Source of the DNA: an uncultured Rhodospirillaceae bacterium
Lineage (GTDB): Bacteria > Pseudomonadota > Alphaproteobacteria > UBA9219
Direction: 5' to 3'
Length of the DNA: 64,000 nucleotides
Assembly (NCBI GenBank): GCA_964626265.1
Contig: CAZVCG010000006.1
Location: 133-64,132, forward strand
The position numbers and the translations under genes are program-made. Of the stretch, positions 17,405-27,343 are shown one piece after another (the stretch's first letter is position 1; each line of letters begins with the position of its first letter). The notes under the pieces were generated by a model, which was not told where the DNA came from, ran no database searches, and worked only from the letters and a program-made list of their open reading frames with translations.

Positions 17405-17578
17405 CCTCTCCCCTTGCGGGAAAGGATAGTTTTTCTTAACGAGCAATGCATAGCATTGCGAGTTTAGAAAAACTTGGTGAGGGGTTACTCCTCAAATAAT
17501 ATCGACCCCTCACCTGCAAAAACTAAGGGGTTACTTGCGTAACCCAAGTTTTTGCTTCCTCTCCCGCAAGGGGAGAGG
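17405..17578. repeat. REP-like hairpin cluster (CCTCTCCCCTTGCGGGAAAGG, GGTGAGGGG...CCCCTCACC, GCAAAAACTAAGGGGTTAC...GTAACCCAAGTTTTTGC, CCTCTCCCGCAAGGGGAGAGG)
   Basis: Inverted repeats seen directly in the sequence, between the convergent genes tlpA and flgD. They are members of a dispersed family. Confidence 0.6.
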
Positions 17579-17639
17579 TTTGCGAGCTTCATCGCCTAGC
17601 TTGGCTTGGAAAATTATACGTTATGATTATAATTCGGCT

Positions 17640-18395
17640 TTAGGCCGCGGCTGTCGTAATGCCGCTGTAAACGGCTTTGATGTCAGTAGGCTGAATTTCC
17701 TTTCTACCAAGCGAAAGCGTCGTCATGCCGTCGCTGTCCGTCTGGATGCTGCTGACCTGCGCGATAACGTTGACGTTGGACGTGGTCATCGCCTTGCCAT
17801 TACCATCGGTGGCGACGATTTTCAATTTATAGACTCCGTCCGGCAATTGCGCGCCGTTGTATTTCACGCCATCCCAGGAAACGCGGTTGACTCCCGAAGT
17901 TTTCGGCCCGCTCATCGACGCAAGCGTGTTGCCGGAGCTGTCGGTCACTGTGATCGCCACGTTCTGCGCGGCGTAGGGCAACGTATAGGTGAAGTTCGCG
18001 GCGCCGCCTTGCAGGACAAGCTCACCGTCAGCCGGGACTTCGACGGTCTTGCCGACATAGTTCAAGTAAGGCGTTATGCCGTTGGAGTTGAAGGCCTTGA
18101 TAAGCGTGTCAAGCTTGGCGTTCGTGTTGATCTGCTGTTCGACGCCCGAGAATTGCACAAGTTCCTGCGTAAACTGGTTCGTGTCGGTCGCGTTCATGGG
18201 ATCCTGATTTTGCAATTGCGTCGTCAGGATTTTCAGGAACGTGTTGAAGTCGCCCGTCACTTTGCTGAGCGATGTCGACGACGTCGTACTGGCCGCTTTT
18301 GCTTTGGCGGCAGCGGTCTGAGTTTTCAACTGGTCGATGTAGCTGTTGAGAAGCGCCGCGTTGTCTGTGCCTGCGATGGCTGCTGTCGTGCCCAT
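17640..18395 (-). CDS. flgD: flagellar hook capping/assembly protein FlgD
   Basis: FLKILTTQLQNQDPMN...FTQELVQFSGVEQQ signature. Confidence 0.9.
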   Translation of the reverse strand: MGTTAAIAGTDNAALLNSYIDQLKTQTAAAKAKAASTTSSTSLSKVTGDFNTFLKILTTQLQNQDPMNATDTNQFTQELVQFSGVEQQINTNAKLDTLIKAFNSNGITPYLNYVGKTVEVPADGELVLQGGAANFTYTLPYAAQNVAITVTDSSGNTLASMSGPKTSGVNRVSWDGVKYNGAQLPDGVYKLKIVATDGNGKAMTTSNVNVIAQVSSIQTDSDGMTTLSLGRKEIQPTDIKAVYSGITTAAA

Positions 18396-18405
18396 GTGTG
18401 TCCCC

Positions 18406-20160
18406 TTATACGCGTAAGTTGATGCGGCCAGGCGTCAGGTAATAAATCTCCGCGCCGTATTCCGGTTCGATGTCCGCCACATCGGCAACGGATGGCGCAT
18501 AGCCAGACGAAGAACCATTGCCCGAATGGCCGTTGCTGTTGGCGTTGAACAAGTTCTGTTGGCCGTCGCCGCGCAGACTGAACTGCAAACTGCCGGGGTC
18601 AGCGCGCAAACCTGCGTCCTGCAGGGCTCGCTGGAGGCTCCCCACATCCTTGAGGAGTAAGTCCAGCGTCGCCGGATTGTCGGCGACGACGGTTCCTTGA
18701 ACGGTTTTATCCGCGCTGAACGTTAGCTTGATGTCGATGCGGCCCAAATCCGCAGGGCGCAGGTGAACCGTCATCTGGTTTTGCCCTTCCTTGATGCCCT
18801 TGTGCAGTTGCAGAGCGACCTGCTCCACCGCGGTTGGCAATCCGGCAGACCCTCCGCGCGCCGCGCGCGCCGCAGAAAGCTGGCTGGCGAAATCGTATGA
18901 ACCTACGGGTTTCGCGCCTTCGGTCAGCATCGCATGTTGCGACCCTTGAGCATGCGAAGAAGCCGCAGCGGCCGACCCAACCTCACCAGCCCCTGTGACT
19001 TCGGCTGCTACTCCCGCCTTGACAACCGTTGCGTCAACAATGCCCTTGGCTGGCGCGTTGGAGGCAACGCCTGCGTTGACGTTGAATAAAGTGAGAAAAT
19101 CGTCGCCCGCTTTATGCGCGGTTGCGCCATCGGTCGCTTTTTCCTGCGGCTTCCCCTTTGCGCCCGCGAGCGATGGCATGAGCGTTTCAAAAGCCTTGCC
19201 GCCCATGACAGCATTCGCGGCATTTGTGTCAGCCCCAGAATCGGCATCGGCCGTGAGCGGCAACGCGCCTTGCGCGGAACCTTTCGCCAGCTTCGGCAAA
19301 GCCAACGACATTGCCTGACCTCCAAAAACCGTTTCAACGGGATCTGTTACCGTTGCGCCCGTCTCCTCAGCCGCATTTCCCAGCGCGGCATCGGCCACGG
19401 TCTCCCTATCATTTAAGCCTTGTTTCAGCTTTTCAGCCTTATCCTGCATCAATTTGCTGATGAGCAAGAGCGCGGCCTGTTCCGCCGACATCAGGTCGTC
19501 AAGCAACGCTTTAACTTCGGTTTCGTCCATAATCTCCTTCGCCGGATTTTTGGAACCTGCCGTATCCGCTGCGCTTTTCGTTTCAGGGTCCGTTAGAAGA
19601 AGCTTGGCCATTTCGATGACCTTGCTGTCGGTCAAGACATCGAATTCATTGCCGGAATCGCAGTCTTCGCCTTCGTAGAGGCAAACTGCCGTGTCTTCCG
19701 TTTCCTCTACGGCCGCGATTTCTTCCGGAGCCGTCGTTTGCGTTTGGCCGGGAACCGCCTGTTTTGCCGTTTCGTCTTTGACGGGATTTTCCTGGGCCTC
19801 GGCCTGATCCGCTTTCCTGTCGAGATGGCGAATGCGCTGGCGATTTTGATAAAGGGCTTTCGCGTCTTCGCGAATGCGTTGCAAAAGCGACCGCAAGGCC
19901 GCGCGGTCTTCGGCGGCCGTATCGGGCGATGTATTTGCGGTTGCAACGCCACTTTGCGCGCTGGAAGGCGTTCTTGGCTTTATGTCAGCCAATTTACGGC
20001 TAATGACAGGCTCGGGCGCGACCGTCGTTTGCGACAAAATGTCCGCAAATAGCTTGGCTTCGAGTCCGTCCAAACTCAGACCAGAACGCAGCGTGGCCAT
20101 GCTTGCGCCTACGCCGCCTGATTTGGATGTCTGGACCCCGGGATTGATATATGCGGGCAT
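18406..20160 (-). CDS. fliK: flagellar hook-length control protein FliK
   Basis: C-terminal Flg_hook domain (MTVHLRPADLGRIDIKL...LQFSL) and a Pro/Ala-rich central region. The start is set at MPAYINPG, which has an RBS. The ORF track extends to 20352. Confidence 0.8.
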   Translation of the reverse strand: MPAYINPGVQTSKSGGVGASMATLRSGLSLDGLEAKLFADILSQTTVAPEPVISRKLADIKPRTPSSAQSGVATANTSPDTAAEDRAALRSLLQRIREDAKALYQNRQRIRHLDRKADQAEAQENPVKDETAKQAVPGQTQTTAPEEIAAVEETEDTAVCLYEGEDCDSGNEFDVLTDSKVIEMAKLLLTDPETKSAADTAGSKNPAKEIMDETEVKALLDDLMSAEQAALLLISKLMQDKAEKLKQGLNDRETVADAALGNAAEETGATVTDPVETVFGGQAMSLALPKLAKGSAQGALPLTADADSGADTNAANAVMGGKAFETLMPSLAGAKGKPQEKATDGATAHKAGDDFLTLFNVNAGVASNAPAKGIVDATVVKAGVAAEVTGAGEVGSAAAASSHAQGSQHAMLTEGAKPVGSYDFASQLSAARAARGGSAGLPTAVEQVALQLHKGIKEGQNQMTVHLRPADLGRIDIKLTFSADKTVQGTVVADNPATLDLLLKDVGSLQRALQDAGLRADPGSLQFSLRGDGQQNLFNANSNGHSGNGSSSGYAPSVADVADIEPEYGAEIYYLTPGRINLRV

Positions 20161-20179
20161 GGCGTACCTTTCAAATGTA

Positions 20180-20647
20180 TCAGGCCGTGCGACTGACGGC
20201 CAAAGGTTGGCAGGTGGGACTATAGGCTCCAAGATTGAGGTTCGCCTTGCGCGGATCGTCGTATCCTTGCTTGGGCAAGGCTTCTTCCTTGACTTGCCTG
20301 ATGATGTGATTGATGAGCCTTTGCGAACATTGAGCCGCCGTGCGCAATGCAAGCGCGTTACGCTCCGTCACTTCGGCGAGTTTAATGCCTCTTGTCTTGA
20401 GTTTGTCGCGCATGGCGGGAGTCGCCTTGGCCAGCATGTCGCCATGCGCAACCAAGGACTTCAGGCGCGATTGATAGTCGATAACGAGTTTGTTCTTGCG
20501 CGGCGTTATCTCTTTTAACCCCGTCATGTCGTGCTTTGCCAAAAGCGCTATTTCGTCGGCAAGCACTTTTTCCAGCTCGCTCATCACGGAAAGCGCGTCT
20601 TCAAGAACGGATCCGGGTTTCGCGGCGGGTTGTTGAACTGACCTCAT
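20180..20647 (-). CDS. putative flagellar chaperone/assembly protein (FlgN-like)
   Basis: A 155-aa helical protein lying between the rod-binding protein gene and fliK, in the same operon with 4-bp overlaps. The sequence is only weakly diagnostic. Confidence 0.35.
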   Translation of the reverse strand: MRSVQQPAAKPGSVLEDALSVMSELEKVLADEIALLAKHDMTGLKEITPRKNKLVIDYQSRLKSLVAHGDMLAKATPAMRDKLKTRGIKLAEVTERNALALRTAAQCSQRLINHIIRQVKEEALPKQGYDDPRKANLNLGAYSPTCQPLAVSRTA

Positions 20648-20994
20648 ATGATACCCCCCACTGCTTTGTTATCCGCCTGGCTTTGCAGCTTGATCATTTC
20701 GCTTTTGATGATGTCGGCCAGCTTTCCGCCGGAACCTGCGGAAACGGCCTTGCCGTATTCCTGAACAAGAAAGCCGCGCATCAGCTCTTCGCCGTGGCCG
20801 CCGCCGAACATTTCGTTGACGCCAAGACCTTCGAACATAGGTTGAAGCATCTGCGCCATGAACATTTCCTCGAATTTTTTGGCCGATGCGGCGAAATCGG
20901 CATCCGTACGTGCTTTGCCGACGCGGCTGAGCGTCCTCGATGCCAACGCGTCTTCCATGCCGATGGGATTGATGGCGAGCAACACCTCACTCAT
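20644..20994 (-). CDS. flagellar rod-binding protein (FlgJ N-terminal-like)
   Basis: KKFEEMFMAQMLQPMFEGL rod-binding motif in a 116-aa product. Confidence 0.7.
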   Translation of the reverse strand: MSEVLLAINPIGMEDALASRTLSRVGKARTDADFAASAKKFEEMFMAQMLQPMFEGLGVNEMFGGGHGEELMRGFLVQEYGKAVSAGSGGKLADIIKSEMIKLQSQADNKAVGGII

Positions 20995-22181
20995 CAGATG
21001 ACCTCCAGATCGGCCTGCAACGCACCAGCCGCCTTGATCGATTGCAAAATTGTGATCATGTCACGCGGTCCGATGCCGAGCGCATTCAGGCTTTGCACCA
21101 CGTCATGCAGGCTCACGCCAGGCTTGAACAAAGCGAGCTTGTTCCCCTCGCCTTCATTCACGTTAATTTCGGTGCGCGGCACGACCTGCGTTGTTCCGCC
21201 CTGCGATAATGGTGTGGGTTGTGAAACTTGCGGCGTTTCGTTGATGCGGATCGTCAGGCTGCCCTGCGCGATGGCAACGGTGTTGATCCTCACGTTCTCG
21301 CCCATCACGATCACGCCCGACTGCTCGTCGATCACGACTCGCGCGGGTTGATCGGGCTCTACCTGCAATTGCTCGACTTCAGTCATAAGGCCGACGACGT
21401 CATGGCGGCGCGCGTCGGGTACCAACATCCGGACCGTGGCGGAGTCGACTGCCTCGGCGGCCTGCATCTTCAAATGCTGGTTGATCGCGGCGGCAATGCG
21501 GCGAGCGGTGGTAAAATCGGGATTCTTTAAAGACAGCCGCATGGAGCCGAGTTCCGACAAGCGGAATTTTATCTCGCGCTCGACAATTCCGCCGTTCGCT
21601 ATGCGTCCGGCCGTTGGCACGCCTTTGGTGACCGAGGTGCCCTGCCCTTGCGCGCTGAAGCCACCAACCGCCACGGAACCTTGAGCCACGGAATAGACTT
21701 CGCCATCGGCGCCCAAGAGAGGCGTGACCAGCAGTGTGCCGCCGATCAGGCTTTTCGCATCGCCAAGCGTAGAGACCGTAACGTCGATATGCGACCCTTG
21801 CGCCGCAAAGGCCGGAAGCGTCGCCGTGACCATCACGGCCGCGACGTTCTTGGTCTTCATGCTGGAACCGCGGGTATTGATCCCGAGGCGTTCCAACATA
21901 CCGACAAGGCTGGCTTCGGTGAACGGCGAATTCGTCAGGCTGTCGCCCGTGCCGTTCAGGCCGACCACAAGGCCGTAACCGACCAGCATATTGTCGCGCA
22001 CGCCTTCGAAATCGACGACATCCTTAAGGCGCGAGGACGCACGAGCGTCCTGAAATGGGTTGAGGATCAGGAGCGCAAGGCCTATGGCCGCAATCAGGGA
22101 ATACTGGCGGGCGCGGCTCCACCTCACCGCCAGCGGGGGGGCCAAGGGAGAGAACAGACCTTGAGTTAGAAAGGCAAACAT
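20994..22181 (-). CDS. flgI: flagellar P-ring protein FlgI
   Basis: MLVGYGLVVGLNGTGD signature with a signal peptide. Confidence 0.9.
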   Translation of the reverse strand: MFAFLTQGLFSPLAPPLAVRWSRARQYSLIAAIGLALLILNPFQDARASSRLKDVVDFEGVRDNMLVGYGLVVGLNGTGDSLTNSPFTEASLVGMLERLGINTRGSSMKTKNVAAVMVTATLPAFAAQGSHIDVTVSTLGDAKSLIGGTLLVTPLLGADGEVYSVAQGSVAVGGFSAQGQGTSVTKGVPTAGRIANGGIVEREIKFRLSELGSMRLSLKNPDFTTARRIAAAINQHLKMQAAEAVDSATVRMLVPDARRHDVVGLMTEVEQLQVEPDQPARVVIDEQSGVIVMGENVRINTVAIAQGSLTIRINETPQVSQPTPLSQGGTTQVVPRTEINVNEGEGNKLALFKPGVSLHDVVQSLNALGIGPRDMITILQSIKAAGALQADLEVI

Positions 22182-22447
22182 GACGACTCCTAATCCTCTG
22201 CCGTCCCCTTATGCAGACCTCATGCCAGAATCGCCCATCGACCGCTTTTTGTGAGAAATTTTTCAACAACCTGTTGATCAATTTGCCTTTTTATGGCTAA
22301 CGTTGCCGCAGGATTTGGCTTAGACTACATTCTGCCAAGGCAATGAACGCCGTCCGACGCAATGCTGTCGCGGAATCGGTGGAAGAATTTGCCGGGTTTT
22401 TATGAGTCATAACAAAGGGCTGGAACGACGGATTATGAGGTCAGACC

Positions 22448-22891
22448 ATGATTAGCAAGATCGACGGCCCCGGCCCTGTCCGAACCCCGCCCACCGTCCG
22501 GCGCGCCAGCAAGACCAGCAAAACGGGCAGCACGAGTTTTTCATCCCACCTTGGGGCCACCGATGAAACTGAAGCAACGACAGCGGCATCAAGCGCCAAC
22601 GCGCTGGGCGCGGTTGCAGGCGTATATGGGATTCAAGAAGTCGATGACGCGCTCGCCCGCGCCGCCAAAGGCAAGTTGAGGGCCACGGATATACTCGACC
22701 GCCTGGAAGACCTTCGACTTGAAATCCTTAACGGCACGCTGTCGGCCGACAAACTGCGTCAGTTGTCGCATATCGTGAATATGCGCCGGCCTGAAGTTAC
22801 TGACCCCCGTCTGGCTGAAATTCTTGACGAAATCGACTTGCGCGCCCAGATAGAATTAGCCAAATTCAGTTATCAGCAATCCGGTGCATGA
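22448..22891 (+). CDS. fliX: flagellar assembly regulator FliX-like
   Basis: A 147-aa product divergent from flgI, as in Caulobacter. It has a low-complexity N-terminus and a helical C-terminus. Confidence 0.55.
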   Translation: MISKIDGPGPVRTPPTVRRASKTSKTGSTSFSSHLGATDETEATTAASSANALGAVAGVYGIQEVDDALARAAKGKLRATDILDRLEDLRLEILNGTLSADKLRQLSHIVNMRRPEVTDPRLAEILDEIDLRAQIELAKFSYQQSGA

Positions 22892-22960
22892 TTCAGGGGT
22901 TTATAGCGGCAGTCCGCAAACGTTTACAAATGAGCAGCACATCTTAGTCATGGAGATTCA

Positions 22961-23389
22961 ATGAGCACAGTAACCTTGCCCAATAATTACAAGCCCACGG
23001 AAAAAGAACCGTACATGAACCCGGTTATGCTTGAATATTTCCGTCAAAAATTGTTGGCTTGGAAAGAAGAGATCATCAAGGAAGCCGATATGACCCTGCA
23101 AGAGTTGCAGGAAGAAGGCGGACTTCAGGAACCCGATGTCGCCGACCGCGCTTCGGTCGAGACCGAAGTCGCGCTTGAGCTTCGCGCCCGCGACCGCCAG
23201 CGCAAGCTGATTAGCAAGATCAACGAAGCTCTGGATCGCATCAAGAGCGGCGAATACGGCTATTGCGAAGAGACGGGCGATCCCATCGGCATCAAACGCC
23301 TCGAAGCGCGGCCCGTCGCCACGCTTTCCATCGAGGCCCAGGAACGTCATGAACGCAAAGAACGGACCCAGCGCGATGAACGGGAATAA
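22961..23389 (+). CDS. dksA: RNA polymerase-binding transcription factor DksA (a variant without the zinc finger)
   Basis: Coiled-coil region and the C-terminal motif GEYGYCEETGDPIGIKRLEARP, in which only one of the four Cys residues is retained. Confidence 0.8.
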   Translation: MSTVTLPNNYKPTEKEPYMNPVMLEYFRQKLLAWKEEIIKEADMTLQELQEEGGLQEPDVADRASVETEVALELRARDRQRKLISKINEALDRIKSGEYGYCEETGDPIGIKRLEARPVATLSIEAQERHERKERTQRDERE

Positions 23390-23942
23390 ACTTCGTTTTC
23401 TTGCCGCCGTTATCGCTTCCGCCTTGGCCGTGTGCGGGGCGGCTCCTGTTCTAGCCGTCGAAGGCTCGGCGCCGGCCATGTCCGGCATTCAGGAAATGGT
23501 AGTGCAAGACATACGATTCGGCAGCGAAGAGAAAAAGACGATTTGCGGCATTAAACCGGATCAACTTTATATGCATATCGTAAAATCGCTTAAAAACTTC
23601 GGATTGCCCGCGATGTCGGTGCTTGAAGCAAAGCCTGTAAAAATGGGGACCGCACGCATCGAAATCGTGCCGGAAGTCTTATCGTCGAATTCCCAAGGCA
23701 TCGAATGTACGTCTTGGGTTTCCTTGACCGCGCAGTCGCACAATACCGTGAAAGTTCTTCCCATCGAAACGCCGCGCAACCTGATCGTGACTTATTGGCG
23801 CGCCAATGTCCTGGTGAGCAGCATAGAAAACTCGCACTTTCAGGTGCTGAAGGACTCGTTCGACAAGCTGATCCGTAAGCTCGCGCAGCAATACAAGATG
23901 GATCAGCCACCGCCTTTGCCCCCGCTCGAAGAGCAAAATTAG
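23376..23942 (+). CDS. hypothetical periplasmic protein
   Basis: Signal peptide MNGNKLRFLAAVIASALAVCGAAPVLA. No recognised domain. Confidence 0.45.
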   Translation: MNGNKLRFLAAVIASALAVCGAAPVLAVEGSAPAMSGIQEMVVQDIRFGSEEKKTICGIKPDQLYMHIVKSLKNFGLPAMSVLEAKPVKMGTARIEIVPEVLSSNSQGIECTSWVSLTAQSHNTVKVLPIETPRNLIVTYWRANVLVSSIENSHFQVLKDSFDKLIRKLAQQYKMDQPPPLPPLEEQN

Positions 23943-25252
23943 CTCTTCCGTCCGCGGCCGATCGACGTATACTTAAAGCCCGCTTCCTTCATGTCTTCCG
24001 GCTTATAGATGTTGCGCAGATCGACGAACACCGGCTGACGCAACAGCGATTTGACTCGTTGAAGATCAAGCGCGCGGAATTCGTTCCATTCCGTCAATAT
24101 CGCTAAGGCATCGGCGCCTTCCAGAGCGTCATAAGCTCCTTCGCACCACACGATGTTTTGCAAAAGCTTTTTGGCTTCGTTCATGCCTTCGGGATCAAAG
24201 GCGCGGATCGTCGCCCCCGCTTCTTGCAACATCGGAACGATGTCCAGACTCACGCTGTCGCGCATATCGTCCGTGTTAGGCTTAAACGTCAGCCCCAAAA
24301 GCGCAACCGTCTTGCCCTTCACCGAACCGCCGCATGCGTTGATGATGCGGGCGGCCATATCCTTTTTGCGTTTGGCGTTGACTTCAACCGTCGTCTCGAC
24401 AAGACGAAGCGGCGCGCCGGCATCCTTGGCCGTGTGGATGAGCGCGAGCGTGTCCTTGGGGAAGCACGATCCGCCATAACCGGGGCCGGCGTGCAGAAAC
24501 TTGCGCCCGATACGGCCATCGAGGCCGATGCCTTTCGAGACCGTTTGCACGTCCGCCCCGACCTTTTCACACAGGTCGGCGATTTCGTTGATGAAGGTGA
24601 TCTTCGTCGCCAAAAACGCGTTGGCAGCGTATTTTATAAGTTCGGACGTTTCCAAAGTCGTGATGACCATGGGCGTTTCTATCAGGTACAGGGGCCGATA
24701 AAGCTCGCGCATAACCGCAGCGGCTCGCTCCGTCTGGCAACCGATCACGACGCGATCGGGACGCATGAAATCGCCCAGCGCCGCGCCCTCGCGCAAGAAT
24801 TCTGGATTCGACGCCACGTCAAAATCGGCCTTGGGGTTGGCTTCGCGCACGATGCGTTCGATCTCGCGGCCCGTGCCGACGGGAACCGTCGATTTCGTGA
24901 CAATGACGGTGTAGCGCGACAAATGTTTCGCGATGTCTTTCGCAGCTTGATATACGTAACTCAAATCTGCGTAACCGTCGCCGCGGCGCGTGGGCGTGCC
25001 GACGGCGATGAACACAGCATCGGCCTGCGCGACCGCCGGACCTAGCTCCATCGTGAACGTCAAGTTGCCGTTCTTCATTCCCTTGAGCACAAGCTCGTCA
25101 AGGCCCGGTTCGAAGATCGGGATAATGCCTTTCTTCAGATTCTCAACGCGCGTCGCATCCGTATCGACGTTCGTGACCTTGACGCCGAACTCGGCGAAAC
25201 ACGCGGCCGACACGAGACCGACATAACCAGCGCCCACAACAACAATCTTCAT
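23939..25252 (-). CDS. ugd: UDP-glucose 6-dehydrogenase
   Basis: MKIVVVGAGYVGLVSAACFAEFG Rossmann motif and family-wide collinearity. Confidence 0.9.
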   Translation of the reverse strand: MKIVVVGAGYVGLVSAACFAEFGVKVTNVDTDATRVENLKKGIIPIFEPGLDELVLKGMKNGNLTFTMELGPAVAQADAVFIAVGTPTRRGDGYADLSYVYQAAKDIAKHLSRYTVIVTKSTVPVGTGREIERIVREANPKADFDVASNPEFLREGAALGDFMRPDRVVIGCQTERAAAVMRELYRPLYLIETPMVITTLETSELIKYAANAFLATKITFINEIADLCEKVGADVQTVSKGIGLDGRIGRKFLHAGPGYGGSCFPKDTLALIHTAKDAGAPLRLVETTVEVNAKRKKDMAARIINACGGSVKGKTVALLGLTFKPNTDDMRDSVSLDIVPMLQEAGATIRAFDPEGMNEAKKLLQNIVWCEGAYDALEGADALAILTEWNEFRALDLQRVKSLLRQPVFVDLRNIYKPEDMKEAGFKYTSIGRGRKS

Positions 25253-25263
25253 AACTTTCGCTC

Positions 25264-26139
25264 CTAGTTAACGATCTTCTTCAATACATCACGCACTTGC
25301 GCGCCCATCTGGGGATGCGCCAAAGCAAACGCCACGTTGGCCGCGATAAAGCCGATTTTGTCGCCACAATCGTAGCGGACGCCTTCATAGCGCAGGCCGT
25401 GGAACGGCTGGCGGCCAATGAGACGCGCCATGCTGTCCGTCAACTGGATTTCGCCGCCCGAACCTGCGCGCTGATTTTCAAGTTCAACGAACACTTCGGG
25501 TTGAAGGATATAACGGCCAATAATGGACAGCGTGGATGGCGCTTTTTCCGGCGCGGGCTTTTCGACCAGGCCTTTGATGCTCGCCAAGCGTCCGTCGTCC
25601 TTTTCAACGTCTAGAATGCCGTAGCGGTTCGTTTGCTCGCGCGGCACGTCGACGACGGCGACCATGTTGCCGCCGATCTCGTTATAGGCTTCGATCATCT
25701 GCTTGAGGCACGGCTTCTCCGACAACACGACGTCGTCGGCCAGCAAAATCGTGAACGGCTCGTCGCCGACAAGATGACGCGCGCACCACACCGCGTGGCC
25801 GAGGCCAAGCGGCTCGCGCTGGCGCGTGAACAGCAATTGGCCGGAGTCGATATCCGTCGCTTTCAACAATTCCATTTCGCGAGTCTTATTCCTCGCTTCG
25901 AGCGTGCGCTTCAAATCCTCGTTGCGGTCGAAGTGATCTTCAAGCGCCCCCTTGCCGCGGCTCGTCACGAAAATAAACTGCTCGATGCCTGCCGCGCGCG
26001 CTTCATCAACGGCGTGCTGAATAAGGGGCTTATCAACCAGCGTCAGCATTTCCTTAGGCATGGCCTTGGTCGCGGGCAAAAAACGCGTACCTAAACCGGC
26101 GACAGGAAAAACGGCCTTGCGAACAAGTTTTTTCATCAA
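25264..26139 (-). CDS. galU: UTP--glucose-1-phosphate uridylyltransferase
   Basis: KAVFPVAGLGTRFLPATKAMPKEMLTLVDKPLIQ signature. Confidence 0.9.
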   Translation of the reverse strand: MMKKLVRKAVFPVAGLGTRFLPATKAMPKEMLTLVDKPLIQHAVDEARAAGIEQFIFVTSRGKGALEDHFDRNEDLKRTLEARNKTREMELLKATDIDSGQLLFTRQREPLGLGHAVWCARHLVGDEPFTILLADDVVLSEKPCLKQMIEAYNEIGGNMVAVVDVPREQTNRYGILDVEKDDGRLASIKGLVEKPAPEKAPSTLSIIGRYILQPEVFVELENQRAGSGGEIQLTDSMARLIGRQPFHGLRYEGVRYDCGDKIGFIAANVAFALAHPQMGAQVRDVLKKIVN

Positions 26140-26154
26140 TATCTCCTTTTGAAT

Positions 26155-26523
26155 TTAAGCGGGTAATCCGGGTTCTGCGAGCGCGTCCCTAACGGCCTGG
26201 CATATTTCTTCAAGCGAAAAAGGCTTCGCTATGATGCGGTGAGCCAGAGCGTCCATGTTATGGGCGCGCATGCGTTCCTGCGCGTAGCCGGAAATCATGA
26301 CGATTTTGAGATCGGGATGCACCCTCACGGCCTTCAGCGCCAAAGCTATCCCATCGACATTCGGCATAACGATATCCGTCACCAGCACATCAAACTTTTC
26401 GCGAGCCAGAACATCCAGCGCTTGCTGGCCGTCCGTCACGCCAACGACGGAGCAGCCCATGGTTTGCACCGACCGCACGATAAACTCCCGTACGGCCGGG
26501 TTGCCTTCCGCTACCAGCATCTT
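26155..26523 (-). CDS. cpdR: single-domain response regulator (CpdR-like)
   Basis: Receiver domain with a VLVTDIVMPNVDGIALA motif matching Caulobacter CpdR. The start is set at MLVAEGNP to avoid overlap with the neighbouring gene. Confidence 0.65.
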   Translation of the reverse strand, partial: KMLVAEGNPAVREFIVRSVQTMGCSVVGVTDGQQALDVLAREKFDVLVTDIVMPNVDGIALALKAVRVHPDLKIVMISGYAQERMRAHNMDALAHRIIAKPFSLEEICQAVRDALAEPGLPA

Positions 26524-26545
26524 GACGTCGGGGCTCCAAAGAGCC

Positions 26546-27343
26546 TCAGGGTTTGTCGTCATGTCGCGGCTCGGCAAAGCTCAGGTTAACCTCCATCACC
26601 GTGCCGGGCGGGGTCACGATCGACGAATGGAAGGGCGCCGAAGCGCCGGCAGGCAATGTAGCCTTTGGAGCCTCGATACGCCAGCTTTGTATTATTTTCT
26701 TATCAGGGCCTAAGGCGTTAACATTAATGTCGGGAACGGGCCGCATTTCGTCGGCCTCATTAAGAATTACCCCCTCAACGACAAGCTGCATACCACCGTT
26801 TTCGTACCTGCGTTCCGAGCGCACGCCCTGCAGGCTGAATCCCTCCCCTGCCAAAGGATTGGTTAATCCGACCGCGTAAAAGAGTTTTTCGGTCTCGCGG
26901 ACGCAACGGGACATATATGGGCTGTTAACCAAAAAAACGATTAAACCCGCGGCGATTACTCCTCCCATGCTGATTTCAAGTGCAGTGCGAATCTTGCCCC
27001 ATGCCATCGTTGACCGCACGGCAGGCAGATTTTTCGCCGGCGGGAGCGATTCGGCAACGTCAGTTTTTTCTTTCCTTGCGAGTGGCGGCTCCGGCGTTGC
27101 GAAAGCCGGGTCTGTCGAAACGTTAGGCGGCAACACGGTAGCAGGATTGGGCTTGGCTTCAGACTCTGGATGATGCGTCCTCGACGTGTGCGACGCTTCC
27201 ATTGGCATGGCGGTCGTCTTGGGGGGGAGGTCGGCCATCCAAGCGTGTGCGCAACGCGCGCATTTGACCTGCCGCGGTCCGTTGGCAAACACAGAGGCCG
27301 GCACGAGGTAGCTGGCCTTGCAGGCGTTACAGACGAGAATCAT
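26546..27343 (-). CDS. MJ0042-type zinc-ribbon domain protein (DUF3426-like)
   Basis: N-terminal MILVCNACKASYLV...VKCARCAHAW zinc ribbon, a Pro-rich linker and a TM segment. Confidence 0.6.
   Translation of the reverse strand: MILVCNACKASYLVPASVFANGPRQVKCARCAHAWMADLPPKTTAMPMEASHTSRTHHPESEAKPNPATVLPPNVSTDPAFATPEPPLARKEKTDVAESLPPAKNLPAVRSTMAWGKIRTALEISMGGVIAAGLIVFLVNSPYMSRCVRETEKLFYAVGLTNPLAGEGFSLQGVRSERRYENGGMQLVVEGVILNEADEMRPVPDINVNALGPDKKIIQSWRIEAPKATLPAGASAPFHSSIVTPPGTVMEVNLSFAEPRHDDKP

Noticed and set aside
17535-18422. 295-aa ORF on the plus strand
   Set aside because: It is antisense to flgD.
22300-22345. Sigma-54 promoter between flgI and fliX (TGGCTTAGACTACATTCTGC)
   Set aside because: GG to GC spacing is ~16 nt instead of ~10-11, so it does not fit the -24/-12 consensus.
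24158-25045. 295-aa ORF on the plus strand
   Set aside because: It is antisense to ugd. It is low-complexity and Arg-rich.
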